DNA of 64,000 bases from Candidatus Omnitrophota bacterium (GCA_015232565.1 JADFZK010000002.1:64935-128934), one strand, 5' to 3'. Shown: positions 49,762 through 59,438, counted from the first letter of the stretch. The notes: generated from the letters alone by a model not told the origin. Made by a program: numbers and translations.

Positions 49762-50618
49762 CCATGACCATGCCGGTAACCAGTGAAGAACAACGTAAAT
49801 ACTTGCGTTTCGATACCGATGTCAAGATCCACTTCCATGTGCCTTACGAATTCCGCACCGAGGTCGATTTCTCGCTAAAACAAGTGCCGCTGGCCGAGAA
49901 ATACATCGGCTTCTCAAAGAATATTTCCGCCTATGGGCTGTGTTTTGAAGCCAATAAAGAAGTGCATATCGGCGGGCAACTTTGGCTCGAATTACACCTG
50001 CCGGAGAGCAAGGACATCATTTATATGCAAGGCATCGCCCGCTGGTGCCAGCTCAGTGTGCTAGCGCCCGAACGGCCGAAGATGTACTTGATCGGTGTCG
50101 AAGTGCTGGTGGTGGACGGAGTGAACGTGGAACAAACCACCTATTTCGACCAGAAATACGGCATTGTCTGGAGCGAACTTTTGGAACGGGTGTTAGGCAG
50201 TTACGCCCAGCTTCATAAAAAGAACTTTGCCGTCACCGTATTGCGCGGGATACTCAAGGAAAATGGCCGCTATCTGATGGTAAGGCGTTCTGCAAACTGT
50301 ACCACCTTCACTAACAAATGGGAATTCCCCGGCGGTAAAGTAATTGCCGGCGAACATACCTCGGCCGCCCTTAAACGCGAGTTCCAGGAAGAAGTCGCGC
50401 TCGAGATCGCGCCTTTAAAACGCTTTATGGACTTTACCCTGGAGCGCGCCGAAGGCAATGTGGAATACAAGATCTTCTTTGTGCAACGCGTTTCGGGCGA
50501 GCCGGCCTTAAGCGAAGAGCACGACAAACTGGGCTGGTTTTCGCCTGAAGAAATGAGAGAGCTGGACATTTCACCGCCGCTGTTGGACGTGGTGTCCCGG
50601 CTGATCAACGAAAGCTGA
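49758..50618 (+). CDS. PilZ-like N-terminal domain fused to a NUDIX hydrolase
   Basis: N-terminus RKYLRFD ... NISAYGLCF (PilZ RxxxR and DxSxxG-like motifs). C-terminal Nudix box GGKVIAGEHTSAALKREFQEEVAL. Overlaps the upstream gene. Confidence 0.65.
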   Translation: MTMTMPVTSEEQRKYLRFDTDVKIHFHVPYEFRTEVDFSLKQVPLAEKYIGFSKNISAYGLCFEANKEVHIGGQLWLELHLPESKDIIYMQGIARWCQLSVLAPERPKMYLIGVEVLVVDGVNVEQTTYFDQKYGIVWSELLERVLGSYAQLHKKNFAVTVLRGILKENGRYLMVRRSANCTTFTNKWEFPGGKVIAGEHTSAALKREFQEEVALEIAPLKRFMDFTLERAEGNVEYKIFFVQRVSGEPALSEEHDKLGWFSPEEMRELDISPPLLDVVSRLINES

Positions 50619-50627
50619 GTTCTTAAT

Positions 50628-51392
50628 ATGCGCTTGATAAGCTGGAATGTTAACGGGATCCGTTCCGCCGAAAAGAAAGGCTTCCTGGCCTGGTTTGCTA
50701 ATGAAGCTCCGGATATCCTGTGCCTGCAGGAAACCAAAGCTGAAAAGTCACAATTGTCTTCTGCCTTGCTCGAGGTGCCCGGTTACACTTCTTTCTGGTG
50801 CTCGGCGCAAAAGAAAGGTTATAGCGGAGTAGCGGTTTATTCCCGGACTGCGCCGCTGGCCGTGGAGTATGGGTTGGGGCAGGAAGAATTCGACAGTGAA
50901 GGCCGTACGCTGATCCTTATCTTTAAGGATTTTGTCCTTTATAATATCTATTTTCCCAATGGCGGAGCGGGCAATAAGCGCGTACCTTTTAAACTTGGAT
51001 TTTACGAAAGTTTTTTACGCTCCGCTGAAAAGTTTCGTCAAAGCGGGCGGGCGATAATTGTGTGCGGCGATGTAAACACCGCCCATACCGAGATCGACCT
51101 GGCGCGGCCAAAAGAAAACCAGAAGAATACCGGTTTTTTACCCGAAGAACGCGCCTGGGTGACCCGATTCATCACAACCGGTTACGTAGACACCTTTCGT
51201 CATTTCTGCCCGGAAGGCGGCCATTATTCCTGGTGGGATTATAAGACCGCGGCCCGGGAACGGAATATCGGCTGGCGGATCGATTACTTTTTTGTTTCCC
51301 CCGACCTGGTGGCCAAACTAAAACAGGCTTTTATTCTCAAAGATGTACCGGGGTCGGACCATTGCCCGGTAGGTATTGATATCAAGATCTGA
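50628..51392 (+). CDS. xthA: Exodeoxyribonuclease III (AP endonuclease)
   Basis: MRLISWNVNGIRS...DILCLQETK, and the C-terminal SDHCPV motif. Confidence 0.85.
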   Translation: MRLISWNVNGIRSAEKKGFLAWFANEAPDILCLQETKAEKSQLSSALLEVPGYTSFWCSAQKKGYSGVAVYSRTAPLAVEYGLGQEEFDSEGRTLILIFKDFVLYNIYFPNGGAGNKRVPFKLGFYESFLRSAEKFRQSGRAIIVCGDVNTAHTEIDLARPKENQKNTGFLPEERAWVTRFITTGYVDTFRHFCPEGGHYSWWDYKTAARERNIGWRIDYFFVSPDLVAKLKQAFILKDVPGSDHCPVGIDIKI

Positions 51393-51417
51393 ATCTATTT
51401 GTTTTTTCTTCGTTTTT

Positions 51418-51430
51418 TCCTTGGTATAAT
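51418..51430 (+). promoter_or_regulatory. Extended -10 element TGGTATAAT upstream of the PEBP-family gene
   Basis: TGGTATAAT at 51421-51429, 8 nt before the ATG at 51437, which implies a leaderless or very short-leader mRNA. The -35 is unclear. Confidence 0.35.
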
Positions 51431-51436
51431 TGCCAC

Positions 51437-52006
51437 ATGCCCACTTACATCTTCATACTATTCTGCTGTTTTATGATCGCACTGCCGAGCCGACCGTCTT
51501 TTGGCGCTGGCGAAGTTATTTCGTCGGCCATTACTATTGAACCGATCCCGCCGGCTTTTACCCTTACCAGCACCGAGTTTAAGGACGGGGAGACCATTCC
51601 CGACCGTTATACCTGCCGGGGGACCGATGTTAATCCTCCGCTGGTCATCACGAATATCCCTAAAGGCACCAAGACCATGGCGCTTACGGTGCATGATCCC
51701 GACGGCCTGGCCGGCGTATGGGTGCATTGGGTGGTTTTTAATATCCCGCCTGACACTGCAGGTATTAATGAAAAAGTTGTCCCGGGAACCCAGGCCTTAA
51801 ATGATTTTGGCAATTTTTATTATGGCGGCCCTTGTCCGCCGGACCGCAAACTGCATCATTACATTTTTACACTTTACGCACTTAATGCCTACCTGGACTC
51901 GGTTAACGAAGGCGCCACCAAAGACACCCTGGATAAAGCCCTGGCCGGAAAGATTATATCCCGGGCCATATTAACCGGCGTTTATCAGAACGTTAACTGG
52001 AAATAG
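51437..52006 (+). CDS. YbhB/YbcL (PEBP/Raf-kinase-inhibitor-like) family protein with signal peptide
   Basis: PEBP motifs TALTVHDPDGLAGVWVHWVVFNIP and GPCPPDRKLHHYIFTLYAL. Hydrophobic N-terminal leader. Confidence 0.8.
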   Translation: MPTYIFILFCCFMIALPSRPSFGAGEVISSAITIEPIPPAFTLTSTEFKDGETIPDRYTCRGTDVNPPLVITNIPKGTKTMALTVHDPDGLAGVWVHWVVFNIPPDTAGINEKVVPGTQALNDFGNFYYGGPCPPDRKLHHYIFTLYALNAYLDSVNEGATKDTLDKALAGKIISRAILTGVYQNVNWK

Positions 52007-52011
52007 CTGGT

Positions 52012-52425
52012 ATGTTTGCGTCCCTGATCAATTTCTTTAACCGGTCTTTTAGTAAGCGCTCCGCTATGCAGAAAATGCTTGCGGAAATTAACGCCAACCT
52101 GGAATGCTGTGAAGTCCTGGAACAGCGCCAGTTTATTGCCAACACCTTCGAGCTAAAGGCTTTTACCAGGGCCCGGGAATCATCCGGATCACAATTCAGC
52201 CCCGAAGTCCTGGCTTACGCCGCTGACCTGGAAAAGTTTAATCAGGCCTTCCAGGAAGTTAAATATTTTGCAGCCTTTTATTCCGCCTCAATGGATAATA
52301 AAAACCGGGCCAATGCCGAGATCCTTCATGCCCGCAAAGAAGCCCTTGCAGAATTGACCATAGGGTTAAAGCCCCGTATACTACTGGTACGTAACCAAAT
52401 ATCAGCCTTACTGGACACCCACTGA
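52012..52425 (+). CDS. Hypothetical protein
   Basis: 137-aa ORF with no recognisable motif. Its stop overlaps the xseA start (ATGA at 52422-52425). Confidence 0.4.
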   Translation: MFASLINFFNRSFSKRSAMQKMLAEINANLECCEVLEQRQFIANTFELKAFTRARESSGSQFSPEVLAYAADLEKFNQAFQEVKYFAAFYSASMDNKNRANAEILHARKEALAELTIGLKPRILLVRNQISALLDTH

Positions 52426-53729
52426 TGCCCGCCGATATATTCACTATCTCAGAGTTGAATAGCCTTATTAAAGATGTCGTTTCTTCCGGTTTTCCATCCT
52501 CATTATGGATATGCGGAGAGATCCAGAATCTCGACCGTTATAAAAGCAAAGCGCATTTATTCTTTGACCTGGTCGAGAAAGGTACCGACGCCAGGGAAGT
52601 AAAGGCTAAACTGGGAGTTACTATCTGGGCGGGAGTCAGGCCCCGGATCGAAGCTTTATTAAAGAAAGCCGAGAACGCCTTTGAACTAAAGGACGGCATC
52701 GAAGTAAAGTTCTCGGGGAAAGTCGATTTTTATCCGCCGTACGGCACCTTGCGTTTTGTAATAGACACTATCGACCCGATCTATACCCTGGGCAAGATCG
52801 CCCAGGACCGTCAAAAGCTGATCGCCGAACTTACCCAGGCCGGAGTCCTGGACCGGAACAAAACAAAAATGATCTCACCACTGCCATTAAGGATCGGATT
52901 AATCTCGGCCTTTGATTCGGCGGCTTATAACGACTTTATCCATGAGCTGAAACGCGGCGGCTACGCTTTCCAGGTTGCTTTTGTGAATGCGGTCATGCAA
53001 GGCAAGAATTGTGAAGCCAGCGTTTGCCAGGCACTGGAAATGCTGGAGCGCCGGGACGATCTGGACGTTATCGTCCTCAGCCGGGGGGGCGGCTCGATCG
53101 CTGAATTAAGCGCCTTCGATTCCCGGAAAATTGCCCTGGGCATCAGCACTTCCCGCTATCCGGTTATCACAGGCATAGGCCATGAGATCAATACTTCAAT
53201 AGCCGATCTGGCCGCACATACTTTTGTAAAGACCCCCACCGCGGCCGCCCAGTTCCTGGTAGAAAAGATCAACACGGCGATCGATATCCTGGACCGGAAA
53301 CACACTGAAATGAGCGCCAGCGCCACTGAATTCGTGGCCGCTAAGCAAACGGCCTTACGGAACAAAGCACTGGCCCTGCAGGAACGCACCCGGGACTTGT
53401 TCCAGGCTCATAAAGACACTCATGTCCGGCTGGCGCAACGCTTGACCCAACTGCCATTGCGCTTTTGCCTGGAGACCAAGAACGTCCTTTTGTTACACAA
53501 TGACAGCCTGAAACGTGCCCTGGGCCTGCGTTTGAAGATCGCCGCCACCCGGATCAACTCTGCCGATAAACTGGTATCCATGGCATCGCCGGCCCGGGTG
53601 CTAAAAAGAGGTTTTTCCATAACCCGCCTGGCATCCGGTAAATTGATCCGCGCCAGCCAGGATATCAGACCCGGCGATGAAATATTTACTGAAGTGCACG
53701 ATGGCCAAATAACAAGTATCGTAAAGTGA
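52425..53729 (+). CDS. xseA: Exodeoxyribonuclease VII large subunit
   Basis: N-terminal OB fold TISELNSLIKDVVSSGFPSSLWICGEIQN and catalytic core VIVLSRGGGSIAELSAFDSRKIALGI. Confidence 0.85.
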   Translation: MPADIFTISELNSLIKDVVSSGFPSSLWICGEIQNLDRYKSKAHLFFDLVEKGTDAREVKAKLGVTIWAGVRPRIEALLKKAENAFELKDGIEVKFSGKVDFYPPYGTLRFVIDTIDPIYTLGKIAQDRQKLIAELTQAGVLDRNKTKMISPLPLRIGLISAFDSAAYNDFIHELKRGGYAFQVAFVNAVMQGKNCEASVCQALEMLERRDDLDVIVLSRGGGSIAELSAFDSRKIALGISTSRYPVITGIGHEINTSIADLAAHTFVKTPTAAAQFLVEKINTAIDILDRKHTEMSASATEFVAAKQTALRNKALALQERTRDLFQAHKDTHVRLAQRLTQLPLRFCLETKNVLLLHNDSLKRALGLRLKIAATRINSADKLVSMASPARVLKRGFSITRLASGKLIRASQDIRPGDEIFTEVHDGQITSIVK

Positions 53730-53736
53730 GGATATA

Positions 53737-53934
53737 ATGCCCGAAATAAAATATGCAAAAGCGCTGGAGAAACTGGAAAGCATTATCCGCGGGATCGAGA
53801 ATGAAGAGATCGATATTGATGAACTGGCGGATAAAGTGAAAGAAGCCACCGCTTTGGTCAAGGTGTGTAAAGACAAGATCGCCAAGGCCGAGATAGAAGT
53901 AAAAGCCGTCGTCGACAGCTTCGGGGAGAATTAA
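53737..53934 (+). CDS. xseB: Exodeoxyribonuclease VII small subunit
   Basis: 65-aa helical protein FEKALEKLESIIRGIENEEIDIDEL, immediately after xseA. Confidence 0.8.
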   Translation: MPEIKYAKALEKLESIIRGIENEEIDIDELADKVKEATALVKVCKDKIAKAEIEVKAVVDSFGEN

Positions 53935-54246
53935 ATGCCCTGGCAAAAAGTGGCCGCGGTCAAAGATATCAAGAACGGTAACGGCATACCGGTCGTGGCG
54001 CCAGGCCGCAAGAAACCGATCGCCCTGTTTTGCGCCAACCATCAATATTTTGCGATCAGCGACGAGTGTTCACATGCATACGCGCCTCTTTCCGACAGCC
54101 CGGTCGAGGAGTACATCGTAACTTGTAAATGGCACGGCGCGCAGTTTGATATCCGCACTGGTAAAGGGATCGGGCCTTTGGCCTATAGCGATGTGAGAAC
54201 TTTCCCGGTTCGGATCACGGGAGAAATGATCGAAGTTGAGATATAA
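53935..54246 (+). CDS. Rieske [2Fe-2S] domain protein (NirD/ferredoxin-subunit-like)
   Basis: CxH ... CxxH ligands, CSHAYAPLSD and CKWHGAQFD. Confidence 0.75.
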   Translation: MPWQKVAAVKDIKNGNGIPVVAPGRKKPIALFCANHQYFAISDECSHAYAPLSDSPVEEYIVTCKWHGAQFDIRTGKGIGPLAYSDVRTFPVRITGEMIEVEI

Positions 54247-54268
54247 AAACCCATAAGCAAGGAGCGTT

Positions 54269-54619
54269 ATGCCTGAATGTGTTTTTTGCAAGAATTTGCC
54301 GAGAGTAATGGAGAACGAACTGGCTTATGTGCTTTTTGACATTGCCCCGATCTCGAAAGGCCACGCTTTAATCATACCCAAGCGCCATGTGGAGCAGATC
54401 TTCGACGCTACGCCTGAAGAGGGTGCAGCCATGCGCGCTTTGGTAATGGCCATGCGTATTCGGTTGCAGAAAGAGCACACCCCCGATGGCTTTAATATCT
54501 GGGTCAATTCGGGTAAAGCGGCTGGCCAGGTGGTTATGCACGCTCATATTCATCTTATCCCGCGTTACCAGGGGGAGATGATCCAGGTTAAAGACCATTT
54601 GAAAGGCAACATAGAATGA
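54269..54619 (+). CDS. HIT-family (histidine triad) hydrolase
   Basis: Histidine triad HAHIHLIPR. Nucleotide-binding region [13 protein letters not shown]. Confidence 0.8.
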   Translation: MPECVFCKNLPRVMENELAYVLFDIAPISKGHALIIPKRHVEQIFDATPEEGAAMRALVMAMRIRLQKEHTPDGFNIWVNSGKAAGQVVMHAHIHLIPRYQGEMIQVKDHLKGNIE

Positions 54620-55428
54620 AATGGGAAACCGCCAGAGAATTCACTGATATCTGCTTTGAGAAATATGAAGGCATTGCCAAAGTAACCATTAACCGCCCGC
54701 AGGTCCGCAATGCTTTTCGGCCGTTAACCGTCCAGGAAATGATGCAGGCTTTTGATGACGCCCGCAATGACCCGGCGATCGGGGTGATCATCCTTACCGG
54801 AGCCGGCGACCGGGCTTTTTGTTCCGGCGGCGACCAGAAGATCCGCGGCACGGCCGGCTATGCCGACGAAGAAGGCGTAGACCGTTTGAATGTTTTGGAT
54901 TTTCAGCGTCAGATCCGTTCTTGCCCCAAGCCGGTTATTGCCATGGTCGCCGGCTACGCTATCGGCGGCGGGCAGGTATTGCATATGCTTTGCGACCTGA
55001 CCATTGCCGCAGACAATGCTGTTTTTGGTCAGACCGGCCCCCGGGTGGGGTCTTTCGACGGCGGTTACGGCGCGTCTTACATGGCCCGGATCGTGGGCCA
55101 GAAAAAAGCCCGGGAGATATGGTTTCTTTGCCGCCAGTATTCCGCGCAGGAAGCGCTCGAGATGGGCTTGGTAAACAAAGTGGTCCCGTTAAAACAATTG
55201 GAAACAGAAACCCTGGCCTGGTGCCGCGAGATCCTGGCTCAGTCGCCATTAGCCCTGCGCTGTTTAAAGTCGGCGCTTAACGCCGACTGCGACGGGCAGG
55301 CCGGCCTGCAGGAGCTGGCGGGGAACGCCACCCTGCTTTATTACATGACCGCTGAAGCCCGGGAAGGCAAACAGGCCTTCATTGAAAAACGCAAACCCGA
55401 CTTTGCTCAATTCCGGCGTAATCCATAG
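54616..55428 (+). CDS. menB: 1,4-dihydroxy-2-naphthoyl-CoA synthase
   Basis: Crotonase fold with [29 protein letters not shown] and the MenB-specific C-terminal region. Confidence 0.9.
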   Translation: MKWETAREFTDICFEKYEGIAKVTINRPQVRNAFRPLTVQEMMQAFDDARNDPAIGVIILTGAGDRAFCSGGDQKIRGTAGYADEEGVDRLNVLDFQRQIRSCPKPVIAMVAGYAIGGGQVLHMLCDLTIAADNAVFGQTGPRVGSFDGGYGASYMARIVGQKKAREIWFLCRQYSAQEALEMGLVNKVVPLKQLETETLAWCREILAQSPLALRCLKSALNADCDGQAGLQELAGNATLLYYMTAEAREGKQAFIEKRKPDFAQFRRNP

Positions 55429-55462
55429 TTTTTTTGCCGCCTTAAGGACGGTTACCTGATAT

Positions 55463-56332
55463 ATGAATCCATGGTTTCTGGCAATTCGACCCAAAACATT
55501 ATGGGCTTCCGTAGCACCAGTATTAATTGGTACCGCTATGGCCTTCGGCGATGGCATAGGGCATCTGCCTTCGGCTGTAGCCGCCCTGTTCGGGGCGCTT
55601 TTTGTGCAGATCGGCACCAACCTCGCCAATGATTATTTCGACCATAAAAGCGGTGTCGATACCCCGGAACGCAAAGGCCCGGTCCGGGCTACCCAGGCCG
55701 GATTAATTGCGCCCTGGGCGGTTAAATGGGCCTTCATCTTGTGTTTCTTTGCGGCCGGGCTGATAGCCAGTTATCTGGTAGCCCGCGCGGGAATGGTGGT
55801 ACTGATCATTGGCGTGCTTTCCGTGCTTTCCGGACTGCTTTATTCTGCGGGGCCCAAACCTTTATCGCATTTAGGCCTGGGTGATATTTTCGTCCTGCTT
55901 TTCTTTGGCCCGGTAGCTGTGGGGGGGACCTATTTTGTCCAATCCTACGAGATCGACGGCGCGGTCATTGCCGCCGGATTCGCGCCCGGATTGTTTTCGG
56001 CCGCTATTCTGGCGGTCAACAACCTACGTGATATAAACACCGACCGGCAAGCCGGTAAAATAACCCTGGCGGTGCGTTTTGGCAAAGGCTTTGCCCGGAT
56101 CGAATACCTGGTGTGCATTGTACTGGCCTGCATTGTCCCGGTGGCCGTATTTGCGATCACGTCCGGATCCAGACGGCTTTTGCTGGCCGGCCTGGTATTC
56201 TTCTTATTATTACCGGCGATAAATACTGTCTTTACCAATGAGGACGGAGAGTCACTAAATAATGCCCTGGCGCAAACCAGCCAGGCGCTTTTCGTTTATT
56301 CGCTAATTTTCTCCCTGACCTGGTTACTATGA
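55463..56332 (+). CDS. menA: 1,4-dihydroxy-2-naphthoate polyprenyltransferase (UbiA family)
   Basis: Membrane prenyltransferase with NDYFDHKSGVDT and a second Asp-rich NNLRDINTD motif. Confidence 0.85.
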   Translation: MNPWFLAIRPKTLWASVAPVLIGTAMAFGDGIGHLPSAVAALFGALFVQIGTNLANDYFDHKSGVDTPERKGPVRATQAGLIAPWAVKWAFILCFFAAGLIASYLVARAGMVVLIIGVLSVLSGLLYSAGPKPLSHLGLGDIFVLLFFGPVAVGGTYFVQSYEIDGAVIAAGFAPGLFSAAILAVNNLRDINTDRQAGKITLAVRFGKGFARIEYLVCIVLACIVPVAVFAITSGSRRLLLAGLVFFLLLPAINTVFTNEDGESLNNALAQTSQALFVYSLIFSLTWLL

Positions 56333-57393
56333 ACAAAACCTTTTACCTTGAACACTTTATTCTTAAACCCTATCGTTTGGCGATGGCCCGGCCTTTTTTG
56401 ATTAACGGGGAACCGCTGGCCTACCGTGAAGGCGTGTTATTGGAGATCATCAGCCGCGACGGCCACAGCGGGTACGGCGAAGCCGCGCCTTTGCCCGGAG
56501 TGAGCCTGGAATCCGTCAAGAAAGCCTTACACCAACTTAAATGCCTGGAACGTGAATGGGTGGGACGGTCCCTGCCGCTAAATTGTCGGGCACTCTGCAC
56601 GCGGCTGGTAAAAGACCTCGACCGCTCCATATTGGCGCCATCAGTGATCTTTGCCCTGGAATCCGCCTTGATATCTCTGGCCGCCCGAGCACATGGGCAG
56701 GCGCCATCCGAGTTCCTGTCGGGGATCGCTCCGGAAAATGTCAATTCGGCTTGCCTTTTACAAGGTGATATTCAAACTATCCAGGCTGACGGAGCGCGTT
56801 ACCAGGCCGCAGGATATTCAGTCTTCAAACTGAAAGTGGGCAGTAAGAATATCCCGCTTGATATCGCCAAGGTCGAAGCCTTAAGAGCGCTCCTCGGTTT
56901 TCACGATAAACTGCGTCTGGACGCTAATGCCGCCTGGGATTTGCCCGCAGCCATCACCTTTGCTTCGGCCATCGGAAAAGGGCAGGTCGATTTTATTGAA
57001 GAGCCCTGCCGCAATTGGCAAGACAATGAAATATTCTTTCGCCAAACCGATATGCCCTGGGCAATAGAGATCAATAATGCTACTCCGAACCTGCACGATC
57101 TGGAAGGCGCCCAGGGGTTAGCGGCCCTGATCGTTAAGCCCATGATAACGGGTGGGATAAGCGACTTTATGGCGCTTAAAAAAACCGCCTTTCGTATGGG
57201 AGTCAAAATAATAGTAAGTTCCGCTTTTGAAACCGCCACGGGGCTGACCATGCTGGCAAACCTGGCCGCGGTTATGAATAGCACCAGCGATCAACTCCAC
57301 TGCGGACTGGGCACGGCCGACTGGTTTGGCACTCCCGCCGCCGGTATACTCCAAAAAGGCGGCATTATTCCTGCCGCCAGATTGATCCCCTGA
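56329..57393 (+). CDS. menC: o-Succinylbenzoate synthase (enolase superfamily)
   Basis: Enolase-superfamily motifs KLKVG (K-x-K) and the metal ligands LRLDAN and FIEEP. Confidence 0.8.
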   Translation: MNKTFYLEHFILKPYRLAMARPFLINGEPLAYREGVLLEIISRDGHSGYGEAAPLPGVSLESVKKALHQLKCLEREWVGRSLPLNCRALCTRLVKDLDRSILAPSVIFALESALISLAARAHGQAPSEFLSGIAPENVNSACLLQGDIQTIQADGARYQAAGYSVFKLKVGSKNIPLDIAKVEALRALLGFHDKLRLDANAAWDLPAAITFASAIGKGQVDFIEEPCRNWQDNEIFFRQTDMPWAIEINNATPNLHDLEGAQGLAALIVKPMITGGISDFMALKKTAFRMGVKIIVSSAFETATGLTMLANLAAVMNSTSDQLHCGLGTADWFGTPAAGILQKGGIIPAARLIP

Positions 57394-57397
57394 ATTT

Positions 57398-58747
57398 ATG
57401 TCCTATCCACACTCTAATGCTATCCTTTGGAACGGCCGGGAGTTCACCTGGGATCTGGTGGATGACTACGTGCATAGCACCGCACGCCGGTTAAAAGAGA
57501 TCGGTGTAAAACCAGGCTATCGCGTGTTGCTGGAGGCCGCACCAGCTCCGGGGATGATCATTGTTTTTCTTGCGCTGCTGCATATTGGCGCGATCGCCTG
57601 TCCTTTCGATCCCCGGCTGACCGCCAGCATGTTCGATAGTATCAAACAAAAAATAGCGCCTTTTATCCTGCTGGCTTTTACTTTGCCGGATCAACGTTTT
57701 ACCGGACTGCGCACTTTTAAGATCGACGACGTTATTTGCCTGGAACCGGTTGAGCGGTTCATGAGCGCCAGCGCTACCGGGGATTTTAAGGAATTGCCGC
57801 CAGAGCGTGCGGCCACGATAATATTTTCCAGCGGTTCTACCGGTGATCATAAAGCGGTCTTGCATACTTTCTCCGCTCACTGGCACAATGCCCGTGGTTC
57901 AGCCGAAGCTATTCCTTTTGGACCCGGTGACCGCTGGCTAATGAGTTTGCCTTTGTACCGCATCTCGGGCATTGCGGTGATCTTTCGGGCGCTTTTCGGC
58001 AAAGGCACAATAATTCTGCCCGACCGGAATGCCCCCGATCTGGCCCAATCAATTATAAGTAACCAACCCACTCATATTTCACTGGTACCAACCCAATTCT
58101 TACGGTTGCTGGAAGTCCTGCCCCAAACCGCCTGGGGGAGCTTTAAGGCCATACTTATTGGTGGAGCGCCTGTTCCGGCTTTACTTATCGAACGGGCCGT
58201 TCAAATGGCACTGCCGGTCTTTCTGACCTATGGCATGACCGAGACCGCCTCACAGATCGCCACCAGCCCCCTTAATGAAGCCTGCGAGCAGGGCGCCCGT
58301 TTATTACCTTACAGGGAAGCCTGCATTATTGCTAACGAGATCTGCGTCCGCGGCCCGGTAACATTTAGCGGCTATGTTGAAGGCGAGAAGATCACTAATG
58401 CCTTTGATGCCAATGGCTGGTTTCATACCGGAGACCGGGGAGTATTAAACCGTCCTTTTCTGAAAGTAAGCGGCCGCCGCGACCGAATGTTCATTTCCGG
58501 CGGTGAGAACATCTATCCGGAGATCATCGAAAAAGCGCTTCTAAGTTATCCCGCGATAATTGCCGCCCGGGTAGAGCCTAAAGCAGATCCGCGCTTAGGC
58601 CAGGTGCCTAAAGCTTTTATTCGCCTTGGCACTGGCCACGTTTTTAACGAATCAGATTTAAGAACTATGCTTAAAGAACATCTTTTACCGTTTCAAATAC
58701 CCAAGGAATTCGACCTGGATCCCGGCTATCGGTTCCCGGATAAATAA
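57398..58747 (+). CDS. menE: o-Succinylbenzoate-CoA ligase
   Basis: AMP-binding motif IIFSSGSTGDHKAV, and TYGMTET, FHTGDRG and GRRDRMFISGGENIYP. Confidence 0.85.
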   Translation: MSYPHSNAILWNGREFTWDLVDDYVHSTARRLKEIGVKPGYRVLLEAAPAPGMIIVFLALLHIGAIACPFDPRLTASMFDSIKQKIAPFILLAFTLPDQRFTGLRTFKIDDVICLEPVERFMSASATGDFKELPPERAATIIFSSGSTGDHKAVLHTFSAHWHNARGSAEAIPFGPGDRWLMSLPLYRISGIAVIFRALFGKGTIILPDRNAPDLAQSIISNQPTHISLVPTQFLRLLEVLPQTAWGSFKAILIGGAPVPALLIERAVQMALPVFLTYGMTETASQIATSPLNEACEQGARLLPYREACIIANEICVRGPVTFSGYVEGEKITNAFDANGWFHTGDRGVLNRPFLKVSGRRDRMFISGGENIYPEIIEKALLSYPAIIAARVEPKADPRLGQVPKAFIRLGTGHVFNESDLRTMLKEHLLPFQIPKEFDLDPGYRFPDK

Positions 58748-58768
58748 TCCATTCACCAAAGAGGGCTT

Positions 58769-59182
58769 ATGTTCAAATATAAAACCCGGATCTTTTTACA
58801 TCACACTGACGCAGCCGGCCGCCTATTCTTTGCCAACCAGTTTTATCTTATCCATGAAGCCAATGAGCTGTTCCTGGAACACCTGGGCCTGCCGATCAAA
58901 GATATCCTAAACCATCCCCGGGCCACTTTTCCATTGGTTCACGCCGAGTCCGACTACAAAGCCGTACTGGTGGCTGGTGAACGAATATCCATCAAAGTCA
59001 GCATTGGTAAAATAGGGGAGACCTCGGTAACTTTTGATTTCATAATTCTAAAGGAGGACGGCACTCTGGCCGGCACCGCCAAAACAGTTCATGTAGCGGT
59101 AGACCTCCGCACTGCCTTAAAAACCCCCATACCCGCTGAATGGAAAAGCAAATTTGCATCAGCCATTATAACTAACGCCTGA
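58769..59182 (+). CDS. Hotdog-fold (4HBT/YbgC-like) acyl-CoA thioesterase, a candidate DHNA-CoA thioesterase
   Basis: 137 aa. IFLHHTDAAGRLFFANQFYLIHEANELF is 4HBT-like with a catalytic Asp. It sits last in the menBACE cluster. Confidence 0.6.
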   Translation: MFKYKTRIFLHHTDAAGRLFFANQFYLIHEANELFLEHLGLPIKDILNHPRATFPLVHAESDYKAVLVAGERISIKVSIGKIGETSVTFDFIILKEDGTLAGTAKTVHVAVDLRTALKTPIPAEWKSKFASAIITNA

Positions 59183-59193
59183 TGCAATGTTAC

Positions 59194-59438
59194 GGTGCAA
59201 AGGTAAAGCCTCCAGGGAAAGCTTATGATCCTTTCCGCCGCGTTCATAGAATTTAGAACGTCGCTCCGGATAAACCAACCGTCATTTTAACATTCAACGG
59301 GGATTGAGTCGGATGGCAATAGTTGTAGAAGATCCTACGCGTTAGCCATATCCTCCGCGCCATTCTAAATTCATGAACGCTCATGTAAACACAGTGGCGG
59401 GGCTCATATGCTTTCCCTGGAGGCTTTACCTTTGCACC
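59194..59438. mobile_element. MITE-like nonautonomous element of 245 bp with perfect 29-bp terminal inverted repeats and nested internal inverted repeats
   Basis: GGTGCAAAGGTAAAGCCTCCAGGGAAAGC at 59194-59222 is the exact reverse complement of 59410-59438. An inner imperfect inverted repeat joins CGCGTTCATAGAATTTAGAA (59239-59258) and TTCTAAATTCATGAACGC (59364-59380). Flanks TGCAATGTTAC and TGCATGTTC resemble an imperfect target-site duplication. It contains no ORF. Confidence 0.55.
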
